Positions 25,568 through 35,181 of a DNA stretch of 64,000 nucleotides are shown in pieces. The DNA is from Candidatus Nomurabacteria bacterium (GTDB lineage: Bacteria; Patescibacteriota; Minisyncoccia; Phycocordibacterales; UBA9973). Both the position numbers and the translations under genes were made by a program. The stretch spans positions 2,884 to 66,883 of the forward strand of contig JARIGO010000017.1 of assembly GCA_029288805.1 (NCBI GenBank). Reading direction: 5' to 3'. Each line of letters begins with the position of its first letter. Position 1 is the stretch's first letter. Below the pieces are notes generated by a model. It saw only the letters and a list, made by a program, of their open reading frames with translations, had not been told where the DNA came from and made no database searches.

Positions 25568-25903
25568 ATGATATTACTCCGTTGGTTCATTACGACACTC
25601 GCAATCTTTGCATTGCCATTTTTTGTGCAGGGCATCACTGTTAGCAGCATTCTTACGGCAGTGCTCGTGGCAGCATGTTTGGTATTTTTGAATATGGTAG
25701 TGAAGCCTATTGTTACATTGCTCACGCTTCCGTTGAACATCATGACATTGGGACTGTTTTCTATCATCGTAAACGGTGCATTCTTTTGGTTTGTTGCCAA
25801 AATCATCCAAGGCTTTACCGTAGCAAACTTCACTGCAGCCATCATCGGTGCATTGGTTATCTCAATCATTAACTGGATTATCAGTCACTTCATCCACGAC
25901 TAA
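25568..25903 (+). CDS. DUF360 / phage holin family 4-TM membrane protein
   Basis: The sequence pattern VKPIVTLLTLPLNIMTLGLFSIIVNGAFFWFVAKII ... GALVISIINWII is that of the mycobacterial 4-TM holin-like family. Confidence 0.7.
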   Translation: MILLRWFITTLAIFALPFFVQGITVSSILTAVLVAACLVFLNMVVKPIVTLLTLPLNIMTLGLFSIIVNGAFFWFVAKIIQGFTVANFTAAIIGALVISIINWIISHFIHD

Positions 25904-25904
25904 C

Positions 25905-26957
25905 ATGGAACATCCGGATTACGCAAAATTCTCCGAAACGTTTTTTGCGTTGGTAGAGCAGGTGGAGCATGTCGTCATCACGTCACATTATTCTCCTGAT
26001 GATGACTCAATCGGTTCTGTTCTTGCAATGTATACAATCCTGCATGCAGCTTTTCCTACAAAAGACATTCGTATTGTCTATACAGGAAATCCAGTTGAGC
26101 GATACTCGGTCTTTCCGCGGTTTGAAAAAATACAATTCGTGCCAGATGTTGCCAATGAGTTATCAAACACTGATTTGTTGATAGTGCTTGACGGAAGTCA
26201 GTATCATAGATTCTCAAAGATGCCCGATGTATTGGCAAAGGTTCCGCAGACTGTTGCCATAGATCACCATGCTGGCGTGCCTGATCAGTTCACGCTTTCA
26301 CTCGTAATACCCGGTATGTCTTCGAATTGTGAAATCTTATATCGCGCCTTTGATATGGACCATGGACTTACTCCAGACTTGGCACAATATCTCTTGTTGG
26401 GAATATTAGGTGACACTGGTAATTTCTCTCACATCAGCCCTGAACAAGCAGATGTGTTGGTAGTGGCAAAGAAATTACTCACTACCGTTGGCATGACCAT
26501 TGATAGTTTCCGCGCACGCTATGGCGGCATTCCAAAACGGATTATTCCATTACTGCAAGAACTGGTAAAAAATACTGCATACAAGGAGATTAATGGTTGG
26601 CCTGATCTGCAATACAGTTATATTGACCGCTCACTGTTAGTGAAAGGAAATTACACCGATGAGGATATGAGTGCCGCTAGTCATATTTACATGGGGCAAT
26701 ATCTACCGCGCGTCATAGGGTATGCCTGGGGATTCGTCATTACACCACGTGTTGACGGCAGTGCGCGCATGTCATCTCGTTCACTGGGAACAAGCGTTAA
26801 CGTGCGAGATATACATGAAAGACTTGGTATCGGTAGTGGTCATGATCGAGCAGCCGGAGGGTCGTTCGAGAAGGAGACAGTTGACCGTGAGCCAAAGCAG
26901 TGTATTGTAGAGGTGCTTGCATGGATGGAGCACAATACTCCAACTATTGGAAAATAA
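25905..26957 (+). CDS. nrnA: DHH-family phosphoesterase (NrnA-like oligoribonuclease / pAp phosphatase) with DHHA1 domain
   Basis: The protein reads MEHPDYAKFSE. The DHH motifs are HYSPDDDSIGS, LIVLDGSQ and AIDHHAG, and a GGGH-like C-terminal DHHA1 (AAGGSF) is present. Confidence 0.8.
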   Translation: MEHPDYAKFSETFFALVEQVEHVVITSHYSPDDDSIGSVLAMYTILHAAFPTKDIRIVYTGNPVERYSVFPRFEKIQFVPDVANELSNTDLLIVLDGSQYHRFSKMPDVLAKVPQTVAIDHHAGVPDQFTLSLVIPGMSSNCEILYRAFDMDHGLTPDLAQYLLLGILGDTGNFSHISPEQADVLVVAKKLLTTVGMTIDSFRARYGGIPKRIIPLLQELVKNTAYKEINGWPDLQYSYIDRSLLVKGNYTDEDMSAASHIYMGQYLPRVIGYAWGFVITPRVDGSARMSSRSLGTSVNVRDIHERLGIGSGHDRAAGGSFEKETVDREPKQCIVEVLAWMEHNTPTIGK

Positions 26958-26963
26958 CGATTT

Positions 26964-27965
26964 ATGGCATTTTTAGACGAAATTACAATTGAAGCACGAG
27001 CCGGAAAGGGCGGTGACGGTGTCGTACGATGGCGTCGCGAGAAGTTCATTGCCAAGGGCGGGCCGAATGGTGGTGATGGCGGACGCGGTGGACACGTCTA
27101 CATCAGGGCTGTTCGCAGCTTTCGCGTGCTTGACCAGTACCGCAGTCGCAAGGAATTTTTTGCAGAAGACGGTCATGATGGCGGCAGTCGATCATACAAG
27201 GGTGCGGATGGAGCTCGGCTCACCATTGATTTTCCTGTAGGTTCAGTCGTTACCAATGCCACGACTGGCGCAGTATACGAACTGAACAAGGAAGGGCAGG
27301 AAATTAAAATCCTTACCGGCGGTGTCGGTGGATACGGCAATGAATTTTTCAAAAGTTCTACCAACCAAGCTCCTGATCGCGCGACAAAAGGAAAACCGGG
27401 AGAAGCGGCAGAGCTGCACGTTGTCATTTCATTGATCGCAGATGTCGGACTTATTGGTTTTCCTAATGCAGGAAAGTCCAGTCTATTGAACGGACTAACA
27501 AACGCTCAGGCAAAAGTTGGGGACTATCCATTTACCACGCTTGATCCTAACTTGGGAGACTTGTATGGATATATCATCGCTGACATTCCAGGATTGATCG
27601 AAGGTGCAAGTGAGGGCAAGGGATTGGGCTACACGTTCCTGCGTCACATTTCAAAGACAAAAGTGCTTGTTCATCTTATTTCATTTGAAAACGAAGACAT
27701 GATGAAGGCCTACGAAACTATTCGCGACGAGCTTGAGAAATACAGTGCTGCGCCACAACAGCATGACAATGGCTTAGCGTCTCTCGTCGAAAAGGAAGAA
27801 ATTATCTTGCTGACAAAAACTGATACTGTTTCTGAGGATGTGGTTGAGGCTACGGTTAAGAAGTTTAAAAAGCTCGGTAAGCCGGTCTACGCCATCACGT
27901 TGTTTGATGATGGTTCAGTCAAGGAATTTAGCGATGAGCTTATACGGTTTCTGAAGAAAGAATAA
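26964..27965 (+). CDS. obg: GTPase Obg
   Basis: The Gly-rich Obg fold reads MAFLDEITIEARAGKGGDGVVRWRREKF...GGPNGGDGGRGG. The G1 motif is GFPNAGKSSLL and the G-domain motifs DIPGLIEGAS and TKTD follow. Confidence 0.9.
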   Translation: MAFLDEITIEARAGKGGDGVVRWRREKFIAKGGPNGGDGGRGGHVYIRAVRSFRVLDQYRSRKEFFAEDGHDGGSRSYKGADGARLTIDFPVGSVVTNATTGAVYELNKEGQEIKILTGGVGGYGNEFFKSSTNQAPDRATKGKPGEAAELHVVISLIADVGLIGFPNAGKSSLLNGLTNAQAKVGDYPFTTLDPNLGDLYGYIIADIPGLIEGASEGKGLGYTFLRHISKTKVLVHLISFENEDMMKAYETIRDELEKYSAAPQQHDNGLASLVEKEEIILLTKTDTVSEDVVEATVKKFKKLGKPVYAITLFDDGSVKEFSDELIRFLKKE

Positions 27966-28000
27966 AAAAGCTCCGCATATTTGGCGGAGGCTTTTTGTTT
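27966..28000 (+). terminator. rho-independent terminator after obg
   Basis: A hairpin CTCCGC-7nt-GCGGAG (extended with one bulge) is followed by TTTTTGTTTT. Confidence 0.6.
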
Positions 28001-28019
28001 TCACTTTCTTTAATCTTTC

Positions 28020-28232
28020 TTAGGTAGAATGCGTTCGTTTGTTTGCCGGTGGGTTTTCATCATCCGTAAGACACGTCAGGCGTGTACTGCTGTATTCTGC
28101 ATTACGGTTTCTCTTGGTTAGTCGTGGAACATAATCTAGCTGAATGTCCTCGCCTAGCAAACCTGCAAACATTTCCTTAACTTCAGAGCCGATAGACCCC
28201 GAGTTGAACGATTGGTTAAAGTTTGAATTCAT
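28020..28232 (-). CDS. small hypothetical protein, 70 aa (weak call)
   Basis: The ORF lies in an approximately 330-nt gap between obg and gatB. Its composition is plausible, but there is no homology support. Confidence 0.3.
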   Translation of the reverse strand: MNSNFNQSFNSGSIGSEVKEMFAGLLGEDIQLDYVPRLTKRNRNAEYSSTRLTCLTDDENPPANKRTHST

Positions 28233-28317
28233 AAAAGAAAGTTTTTAAATTATTTTTTAATAATCCTACTCCTTTTAAAAGAACAGTCAATATACAGCTG
28301 CCAATTTAAAAAAATCA

Positions 28318-28325
28318 TGTATAAT
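28318..28325 (+). promoter_or_regulatory. extended -10 promoter (TGtATAAT) ending 7 nt before the gatB ATG, implying a leaderless or near-leaderless mRNA
   Basis: The sequence TGTATAAT lies at 28318-28325 and the gatB ATG at 28333. No Shine-Dalgarno sequence fits in between. Confidence 0.4.
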
Positions 28326-28332
28326 CGTTCAT

Positions 28333-29742
28333 ATGAGTAAGACGTACTATCCTGTTATCGGCTTGGAAATTCACGCTGAATTGAAAACACAAAGCAAGAT
28401 GTTCTGCAGCTGTAAGAACGATCCAGACGAGATGAATCCTAACGTAAATATCTGCCCGATCTGTATGGCGCACCCTGGCACATTGCCGGTAGCAAACAAG
28501 CAGGCTATTGAGTCTGTTATCAAAGTTGGCTTGGCGCTTGGTTCTGACATCGCAGACTTTACTGAGTTTGATCGTAAGAATTATTTCTATCCTGACATTC
28601 CAAAAGGCTATCAGATCTCCCAATACAAATACCCGATCGTTTCCGGCGGGACATTGAATGATTTTGGCATTACCCGTGTGCACCTTGAAGAAGACACCGG
28701 TCTTTCAAAGCACGACCGTGGCAACTTCACGCTCGTGGACTACAACCGCGCTGGTGTGCCATTGATGGAGCTCGTAACAGAACCTGTTATTCATAGCGCT
28801 CAGGATGCTGCTAACTTTGCAAAGGAATTACAATTGCTGCTCCGCACGCTCGGCGTATCAGAAGCGAATTTGGAAAAAGGAGAAATGCGTGTTGAGCCAA
28901 ACATCTCTGTGTCCGATACAGAAGGAACATTTGGTACGAAGGTGGAAGTAAAAAACCTGAACTCATTCAGAAGTGTTGAACGTGCTATCGAACATGAGCT
29001 TGCTCGCATGATTGCATTATATGAAGCAGGGCGACAAGACGAGATCGTACAAGAAACTCGCGGTTGGGATGAAGTAAAACAGACTACCTTCTCACAGCGT
29101 TCAAAGGAAAATGCGCATGACTATCGATACTTCCCAGATCCTGACCTTCCGAAGATGAAGCTGCACAGCGCATTCGATATTGCTGCAATGAAAGATGCAC
29201 TTCCAGAATTGCCATGGGCAAAACGTGAGCGATATGCAGCGGACTACGGTTTGAAACAGGGTGATATTGAAATCTTCACTGCGGACAAGGCATTGTCGGA
29301 TTATTTTGAATCCGTTGTCGCAGGAAAAGACAGCGCATTTGCACAAAGTGCCGCTAACTATATTGTCAGTGACATACTTGGCTTGATGAAAAAAGACGCA
29401 GATGTTCGACTGCCTAATAAGGAAAACTTTGTCGAGCTTATTACTATGGTCACTGCAGGAGAAATTACCTCACGCGGAGCAAAAGACATCTTGGCTGTTA
29501 TTGTGAAGGAAGACGCATCGCCAAAAGCTATTGCTGAAAAGGAGGGACTACTCCAGCAAAACAATGAAGATGACTTGAGGCCAATCATTGCGCAGGTGAT
29601 AGTTGATAATACCGCTATGGTTACTCAGTACAAAGAAGGAAAAGAAGCGGTACTGCAAGCGCTTGTCGGTATGGTGATGAAAGCCACGAAGGGAAGTGCC
29701 AATCCGGGAATTGCTTCGAAACTGTTGAAGGAAATGATGTAA
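28333..29742 (+). CDS. gatB: Asp-tRNA(Asn)/Glu-tRNA(Gln) amidotransferase subunit B
   Basis: The protein reads MSKTYYPVIGLEIHAELKT. The Zn site is CSCKNDPDEMNPNVNICPICMAHPG, and a C-terminal YqeY-like domain is present. Confidence 0.9.
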   Translation: MSKTYYPVIGLEIHAELKTQSKMFCSCKNDPDEMNPNVNICPICMAHPGTLPVANKQAIESVIKVGLALGSDIADFTEFDRKNYFYPDIPKGYQISQYKYPIVSGGTLNDFGITRVHLEEDTGLSKHDRGNFTLVDYNRAGVPLMELVTEPVIHSAQDAANFAKELQLLLRTLGVSEANLEKGEMRVEPNISVSDTEGTFGTKVEVKNLNSFRSVERAIEHELARMIALYEAGRQDEIVQETRGWDEVKQTTFSQRSKENAHDYRYFPDPDLPKMKLHSAFDIAAMKDALPELPWAKRERYAADYGLKQGDIEIFTADKALSDYFESVVAGKDSAFAQSAANYIVSDILGLMKKDADVRLPNKENFVELITMVTAGEITSRGAKDILAVIVKEDASPKAIAEKEGLLQQNNEDDLRPIIAQVIVDNTAMVTQYKEGKEAVLQALVGMVMKATKGSANPGIASKLLKEMM

Positions 29743-29750
29743 TAAAAAAA

Positions 29751-29775
29751 GAACCTTACGGTTCTTTTTAGGTTA
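29751..29775. terminator. bidirectional terminator hairpin AGAACC-ttac-GGTTCT flanked by A-run and T-run
   Basis: It lies between the gatB stop and the stop of minus-strand gene 29768-30154. Confidence 0.65.
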
Positions 29776-30154
29776 ACAAAAGTTTTATTTTAAAAGGGAT
29801 GCTAGTGGGGTGTTTTGATTGCAATGTAATTTTTACCGATTCACCGAGTGTCTTTTCCATTTGCCCAAGGCAAAAGAGCAAATCGACTTTGCTCTTGCCA
29901 AGAATGTCCAAGTCGTACGGGGTAATTTCAATAGTACATTCTTTCGCGTGTTCATTTTGCATAGCCTCCTGAAGGGGGGTTAAAAAAGAATTCTTAAGTC
30001 CGCTTTCAAATAAATGTTGATTTTTGTGATTTAGGTATGCCTTATGGGCAATAACTGCATTCGCAAATGCTTCTTCGACGTCCCGCTGGTATGTCGGGTA
30101 GTTTTTTAGAGCGCCTTCGTCCAAAGCTTTTTTCTCCGCTGTCCATATAATCAT
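29768..30154 (-). CDS. hypothetical protein, 128 aa
   Basis: The ORF is clean and convergent with gatB. No family was recognised. Confidence 0.45.
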   Translation of the reverse strand: MIIWTAEKKALDEGALKNYPTYQRDVEEAFANAVIAHKAYLNHKNQHLFESGLKNSFLTPLQEAMQNEHAKECTIEITPYDLDILGKSKVDLLFCLGQMEKTLGESVKITLQSKHPTSIPFKIKLLLT

Positions 30155-30244
30155 TGTTGTATGTATTTTTTACTACAATACCATAAATTGAATAAACGTC
30201 AATTTGTTTATAAGCCTGCTAGGGAGAAGTGCTATACTCTAGTC

Positions 30245-31279
30245 ATGGATAATACAAAGATTAAAGTAGCTATTAATGGATTTGGACGCATCGGTCGAGC
30301 ATTTTTAAAAATCGCATGGCTTCGCCCGGAAATCGAAATTGTGGCAGTGAATGACCTTGGTACACTCGAAAGTTTGGCATACCTGCTTCGTCATGACACC
30401 GTGTATCGTAACTGGGACCATGATGTGCAAATCATTGATGGAGGACTTTCTATCGATGGCAAAATGGTGAAGTTTGTTTCTGAGAAGGACACGACAAAGC
30501 TTCCGTGGAAAGATCTTGGTATCGACGTTGTTGTTGAGTCAACCGGTCTGTTTACTTCATATGAAAAGGCGCAGTTCCATATCGCGGATGGTGCCAAGCG
30601 TGTCGTTATCTCTGCCCCTGCAAAGGATGCGGCTGGCGCCCAGCAGGCAGCTACTATTCTGCTCGGCGTGAATGAGGAAAAGTTTGGTACATGTGATATC
30701 ACTTCAAACGCTTCATGTACCACAAATGCCTCAAGTCCTTTGATCGGCATCATGCATGAAGCACTGGGTATTGAAAAAGCTATCTTGAATACTGTGCATG
30801 GCTACACTGCGTCACAGTCTCTCGTTGACGGACCAAGCAAGAAGGACCTTCGCGAAGGTCGCGCTGCCGCACAAAACATCGTGCCAAGCTCAACTGGTGC
30901 CGCTATTGCCGTTACTCAGGCATACCCTGAACTCACTGGGCTCTTTGACGGTATCTCTATCCGCGTGCCAGTTCCTGCTGGATCTATCGTTGACGTGACA
31001 TTCATCGCAAAGCGCGACACCACCGCCGAAGAAGTGAATGATATCCTCACAAAGGCCGCTGCTGACCCTCGCTGGGCAGGAGTGTTCTCTGTAACAAATG
31101 AACCCCTTGTCTCAAGTGACATTCTCGGTAACCGCCATGCATCCATCGCTGACCTTGCAATGACTCGCGTCGTTGGTGGCAACCTTGTGAAAGTCATGGG
31201 CTGGTACGACAACGAAATGGGGTATACCTACACGCTCGTTGATCACGTTATCAAGACAGGGAAGACTATTCAGAAATAA
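30245..31279 (+). CDS. gap: glyceraldehyde-3-phosphate dehydrogenase
   Basis: The NAD-binding motif is MDNTKIKVAINGFGRIGRAF and the catalytic motif is SNASCTTNAS. The track start at 30161 is too early. Confidence 0.9.
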   Translation: MDNTKIKVAINGFGRIGRAFLKIAWLRPEIEIVAVNDLGTLESLAYLLRHDTVYRNWDHDVQIIDGGLSIDGKMVKFVSEKDTTKLPWKDLGIDVVVESTGLFTSYEKAQFHIADGAKRVVISAPAKDAAGAQQAATILLGVNEEKFGTCDITSNASCTTNASSPLIGIMHEALGIEKAILNTVHGYTASQSLVDGPSKKDLREGRAAAQNIVPSSTGAAIAVTQAYPELTGLFDGISIRVPVPAGSIVDVTFIAKRDTTAEEVNDILTKAAADPRWAGVFSVTNEPLVSSDILGNRHASIADLAMTRVVGGNLVKVMGWYDNEMGYTYTLVDHVIKTGKTIQK

Positions 31280-31300
31280 ATTCTCTTCATAATTCTAACA

Positions 31301-31330
31301 AAAGAGCCCTCATTTAAGGGCTCTTTTTTA
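31301..31330 (+). terminator. rho-independent terminator after gap
   Basis: The hairpin AGAGCCC-tcatttaa-GGGCTCT is followed by TTTTTT. Confidence 0.7.
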
Positions 31331-31382
31331 TTGACTTTTCATATGGTTGTGATTTAATTTAAACAAATAAAATCACAATTAT

Positions 31383-31718
31383 ATGAAAGTCATTGAAAGC
31401 GAAAGCGCATTGGGTCAGCCAAACAGGTATGAAAATGCACGTGTATCAGACGAGCAGCTCGCAGATGATATAAACCAGGAAGCATTAGCGGTAGTTACCA
31501 ATGCCCAGTCTGTTTTAGAAAGGATTCGCCAAAACCCCGGCTTGAAAAATTTCCATGATCCAAAGACCAATGGAGAATGGATGGGGCAGTGGCTGATATC
31601 TCAGAAAAGGCACATTTTATATGACCTGTACGGATCGGGTGATGAGCGAGGACTTATAAACATCCCGTCCGAAGTTGAAGCATTCGTTACCGACGTGTAT
31701 CAACTGGTGCAAGAGTAA
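31383..31718 (+). CDS. hypothetical protein, 111 aa
   Basis: A stand-alone ORF with its own terminator. No family was recognised. Confidence 0.5.
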   Translation: MKVIESESALGQPNRYENARVSDEQLADDINQEALAVVTNAQSVLERIRQNPGLKNFHDPKTNGEWMGQWLISQKRHILYDLYGSGDERGLINIPSEVEAFVTDVYQLVQE

Positions 31719-31723
31719 AAATA

Positions 31724-31758
31724 AGTACCCTTAGATTGATTCTAAGGGTACTTTTTTT
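31724..31758 (+). terminator. rho-independent terminator
   Basis: A 12-bp stem AGTACCCTTAGA/TCTAAGGGTACT is followed by TTTTTTT. Confidence 0.7.
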
Positions 31759-31869
31759 ATTTACAAATTCTAAAATCGTGATGCAGTTATGCACACTGGT
31801 AAGTAGAGGGGGCAATTGGTAGAATGAAGGCAAGGGGCGATTACTAATTTTAAATAAGCGGAAAAACAT

Positions 31870-32106
31870 ATGGAAAATATAGAAGACAACATGGGAAAAA
31901 CTGCAACTGAGCATCCAGAAGGAGTAACTGATGCTGCGCTTGAGATTGAGAACTATGAACAGCTAAAAGAGCAGTACAAGTCTTTTCAGGTGCAGCATAT
32001 GGCGGCAATGGAAGCGAGTGATGAGCTCAAGGCAAGGGAAATTGAAGTTAAGATTGACGAACTTGCTCTTAAGCTTGGTTTAGACGAAGAAAGACACGCT
32101 GCCTAG
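31870..32106 (+). CDS. small acidic hypothetical protein, 78 aa
   Basis: The ORF lies immediately upstream of rpiB (stop and start 2 nt apart). Its predicted helical, acidic composition is the only support. Confidence 0.4.
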   Translation: MENIEDNMGKTATEHPEGVTDAALEIENYEQLKEQYKSFQVQHMAAMEASDELKAREIEVKIDELALKLGLDEERHAA

Positions 32107-32108
32107 TC

Positions 32109-32600
32109 ATGAGAATACACTTAGCAACTGACCATGCTGGATTTCAGCACAAAGAAGCGGTGAAGGCGTACCTGATCGATCAGGGGCTTGAGGTTATTGA
32201 CCATGGTGCTGTAAGTTTTGATGGTCGTGATGACTATCCGGATTTTATCGCGCCTGCTGCCCAGGCAGTGGGGGTCAGCGGCGTACCGATCAGTGCTGAC
32301 GATGGACGAGTAGTTACCAGTACCGATGTTGGTATTATTTTTGGTGAGTCAGGGCAGGGTGAGGCAATGGTTGCAAATCGCGTACCTGGCGTACGCTGCG
32401 CTGTGTACTACGGCGGACTGACTGATATCCTGGTGCTGTCACGCGGACACAACAATGCCAACATGCTTTCTATTGGTGCCGGATTTTTGACTATCGAAGA
32501 AACTATCAACGCCATTGCCATCTGGTCAGAAATTCCATTTTCAAATGACGAGCGAGACATTCGTCGCCTCTCAAAATTTAACAAGTCATATCATGGTTAG
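32109..32600 (+). CDS. rpiB: ribose-5-phosphate isomerase B (RpiB/LacAB family)
   Basis: The protein reads MRIHLATDHAGFQHKEAVKAYL and contains GVRCAVYYGGL with an overall RpiB pattern. Confidence 0.8.
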   Translation: MRIHLATDHAGFQHKEAVKAYLIDQGLEVIDHGAVSFDGRDDYPDFIAPAAQAVGVSGVPISADDGRVVTSTDVGIIFGESGQGEAMVANRVPGVRCAVYYGGLTDILVLSRGHNNANMLSIGAGFLTIEETINAIAIWSEIPFSNDERDIRRLSKFNKSYHG

Positions 32601-33312
32601 AATTATCCCTGCAATTTTGCCGCAAACATACCGTGGCATTGAAATGTCTGTTGAAAAAGTTCTTGGTGCCGTACCAAGCGTGCAGATAGATCTTGTCGAT
32701 GGTCACCTTGTGCCAAACCAACGCACGTGGCTTTTTAATAATAAAAACGACGAAACCATTCAGGCTATTCTCGACGAGGAAGTCGCCATGCCGTACTGGC
32801 AGGAAATGAACTATGAACTTGACCTCATGGTGAAGGATCCAATGCAATATATGGAAACGTTCATTGCGCTCGGTCCGTCAAAGATGACTTTTCACGTGGA
32901 AGGGTTGGACGAGGCAAAGACCATAGAATTTTTTGAAACACTTCCAGAAATTATTCGCAGTGTTATTTCGTTTGGCATTGCACTGAGCAATGATACTGAT
33001 CCTGCAATGCTCGCACCATACATGCAGTATGTCGAAAGCGTTCAGTGCATGGGCATTAGTCGCGTAGGATATCAGAGTCAACCGTACGACGAACGCGTTA
33101 TCGAACAAATAAAAAAAGTTCGCAGCTTATATCCAGACAAAATTATTACTGTTGATGGTGCAGTGTCACTTGATACAGCGGCGGAATTAGTAAAAGCAGG
33201 TGCGCAAGAGCTTGTCGTGGGTTCAGTGGTATTCCAGAATACCGATCCGCAAGGTACAATAGAAAGACTTCAAGACATATGCAACACCGCGACTTCACAA
33301 TCAGAGAATTAG
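32593..33312 (+). CDS. rpe: ribulose-phosphate 3-epimerase family protein (divergent)
   Basis: The start MVRIIPAILPQ parallels the I-A-P-S-I-L-S-A-D start of Rpe. IQIDLVDGHLVPN parallels HVDVMDGHFVPN. The C-terminal DGAVSLDTAAELVKAGA fits the TIM-barrel. The start overlaps the rpiB end by 8 nt. Confidence 0.65.
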   Translation: MVRIIPAILPQTYRGIEMSVEKVLGAVPSVQIDLVDGHLVPNQRTWLFNNKNDETIQAILDEEVAMPYWQEMNYELDLMVKDPMQYMETFIALGPSKMTFHVEGLDEAKTIEFFETLPEIIRSVISFGIALSNDTDPAMLAPYMQYVESVQCMGISRVGYQSQPYDERVIEQIKKVRSLYPDKIITVDGAVSLDTAAELVKAGAQELVVGSVVFQNTDPQGTIERLQDICNTATSQSEN

Positions 33313-34145
33313 AACTCAAGGCGAATGAGATTCGTCAGTCTATTATCTCTATGCTGCTCGAAGCGGGAAGCGGACACACAGCAGGACCGCTTGGCATGGC
33401 AGATGTCTTCACTGCAATATATTTTGATACTCTTCGTCATGACCCAGAAAATCCTTTCTGGCCTGAGCGTGATCGTTTAATGCTTTCAAATGGTCATATC
33501 TGCCCAGTGCTGTATGCCACTATGGCGCATGCAGGATATTTTCCCGTAGAAGAGCTAATGACTCTTCGTAAGTTTGGCTCACGTTTGCAGGGACATCCGC
33601 ATCGAGAATTTTTACCATACCTAGAAACATCCTCAGGGCCGCTTGGTAGTGGCTTGTCACAAGCCGTGGGTATGGCTATTGCTGACAGGATGGACAATGG
33701 TGCCGCTACACCTCGAACGATCTACTGCTTGCTTGGTGACGGTGAGCTTGATGAAGGAAATAACTGGGAGGCTATGATGCTTGGTGGAAAGGAAAAGCTC
33801 CACAATCTGCTCGCTATCGTTGATCGTAACAATATTCAGATCGATGGCTATACCGAGGACATCATGCCGCTTGATTCATTGATTGCAAAATGGGAAAGCT
33901 TCAATTGGCATGTCCAAGAAATTGATGGCAATAACATTCAGGAAGTCATCAATGCCATCCATACCGCTAAGGCAGTATTCGAAAAGCCGTCAGTTATCAT
34001 TGCTCGCACTATCCCTGGAAAAGGAGTAAAGGAATTTGAACGAAAGTTCGAATGGCATGGCAAAACACCGGACAAGGAAGAAGCCAAGATTGCTTTAGAT
34101 GAACTTCGCACACTGGGAGGCAAGATTAAGAGTGAACACAAATAG
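33279..34145 (+). CDS. transketolase, N-terminal subunit (split tkt)
   Basis: TPP-binding motifs are present (GSGHTAGPLGMADVFTAIYF ... GHPH ... GPLGSGLSQAVGMA ... LLGDGELDEGNNWEA). Confidence 0.85.
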   Translation: MQHRDFTIRELELKANEIRQSIISMLLEAGSGHTAGPLGMADVFTAIYFDTLRHDPENPFWPERDRLMLSNGHICPVLYATMAHAGYFPVEELMTLRKFGSRLQGHPHREFLPYLETSSGPLGSGLSQAVGMAIADRMDNGAATPRTIYCLLGDGELDEGNNWEAMMLGGKEKLHNLLAIVDRNNIQIDGYTEDIMPLDSLIAKWESFNWHVQEIDGNNIQEVINAIHTAKAVFEKPSVIIARTIPGKGVKEFERKFEWHGKTPDKEEAKIALDELRTLGGKIKSEHK

Positions 34146-34146
34146 T

Positions 34147-35142
34147 ATGCTTAATTCCGATTTAAAACTTAATACCAGTATCTTCAATGATGATGTAGAG
34201 CAAGTGCCGATTCGTAAGGGATTTGGTGAGGGCTTGGCAAAGGCAGGTGAGACCAATAAGAACATCGTGGCGCTTAGTGCAGACCTCACAGAGTCTACGC
34301 AAATGCATTTCTTTAAGGAAAAATTTCCTGAACGGTTTGTGGAAATTGGTGTGGCCGAACAAAACCTTGCCACTGTTGCCAGTGGCCTTGCCGCAATGGA
34401 CAAGTATCCGTTCTTTTCTTCATATGCCATGTTCAGTCCAGGCAGAAACTGGGAACAGATTCGCACCACGCTTGCATATAATGACAGAAAGGCCGTGATT
34501 GTTGGTAGTCATGCCGGTGTGTCTGTTGGACCTGATGGAGGTACGCACCAGGCTATTGAAGACATGGCTCTGATGCGCGTTCTTCCTCGCATGACCGTCA
34601 TCTCTCCGTGTGATGCCATTCAGGCAAAGAAGGCGACGCTCGCATTGTCTGCTGACCCAAGACTGGTGTATTTGCGTCTGGCTCGCGAGAAGACGCCGAT
34701 CATTACCACAGAAGACACTCCATTTGAAATCGGCAAAGGGCAAATTTTTTATCGTCCTGATGGCTTGGCACAGGTAGCTATTGTGGCAACAGGGGCGCTT
34801 GTGGCACAGGCATTGAAGGCAACGAAGTCTCTAGAGAAAAAAGGCATCAAGGTTATCGTGGCAAATATTCATACTATCAAACCACTCGATACTGCATTGC
34901 TTGTGCAGCTCGCAAAAGAAACAAAGGCTATCGTGTCAGTTGAAGAACATCAGATTGCTGGTGGTTTTGGAAGCGCTGTTTCCGAAGCGTTGGCAAAGGA
35001 ATATCCCGTGCCAATGGAATTCATTGGTGTGAAGGATCGCTTTGGTCAGTCTGGTACGCCCAATGAACTGATTGAAAAATATGACATGGGGCAGGACGCC
35101 ATCATTACTGCGGTGATGAAAGTTATAGAACGCAGGAAATAG
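34147..35142 (+). CDS. transketolase, C-terminal subunit (split tkt)
   Basis: ATG 34147 lies 1 nt after the tktN stop. The pyrimidine-binding and C-terminal domains are present (RKGFGEGLAKAG ... EIGVAEQNLATVASGLA ... GGFGSAV). Confidence 0.85.
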   Translation: MLNSDLKLNTSIFNDDVEQVPIRKGFGEGLAKAGETNKNIVALSADLTESTQMHFFKEKFPERFVEIGVAEQNLATVASGLAAMDKYPFFSSYAMFSPGRNWEQIRTTLAYNDRKAVIVGSHAGVSVGPDGGTHQAIEDMALMRVLPRMTVISPCDAIQAKKATLALSADPRLVYLRLAREKTPIITTEDTPFEIGKGQIFYRPDGLAQVAIVATGALVAQALKATKSLEKKGIKVIVANIHTIKPLDTALLVQLAKETKAIVSVEEHQIAGGFGSAVSEALAKEYPVPMEFIGVKDRFGQSGTPNELIEKYDMGQDAIITAVMKVIERRK

Positions 35143-35147
35143 AAAAA

Positions 35148-35172
35148 GTGGACATAATGTCCACTTTTTCTA
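35148..35172. terminator. bidirectional terminator AGTGGACA-taa-TGTCCACT
   Basis: A perfect 8-bp stem has an A-run upstream and a T-run downstream. It lies between convergent tktC and the PfkB kinase gene. Confidence 0.7.
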
Positions 35173-35181
35173 TTTCCATTT

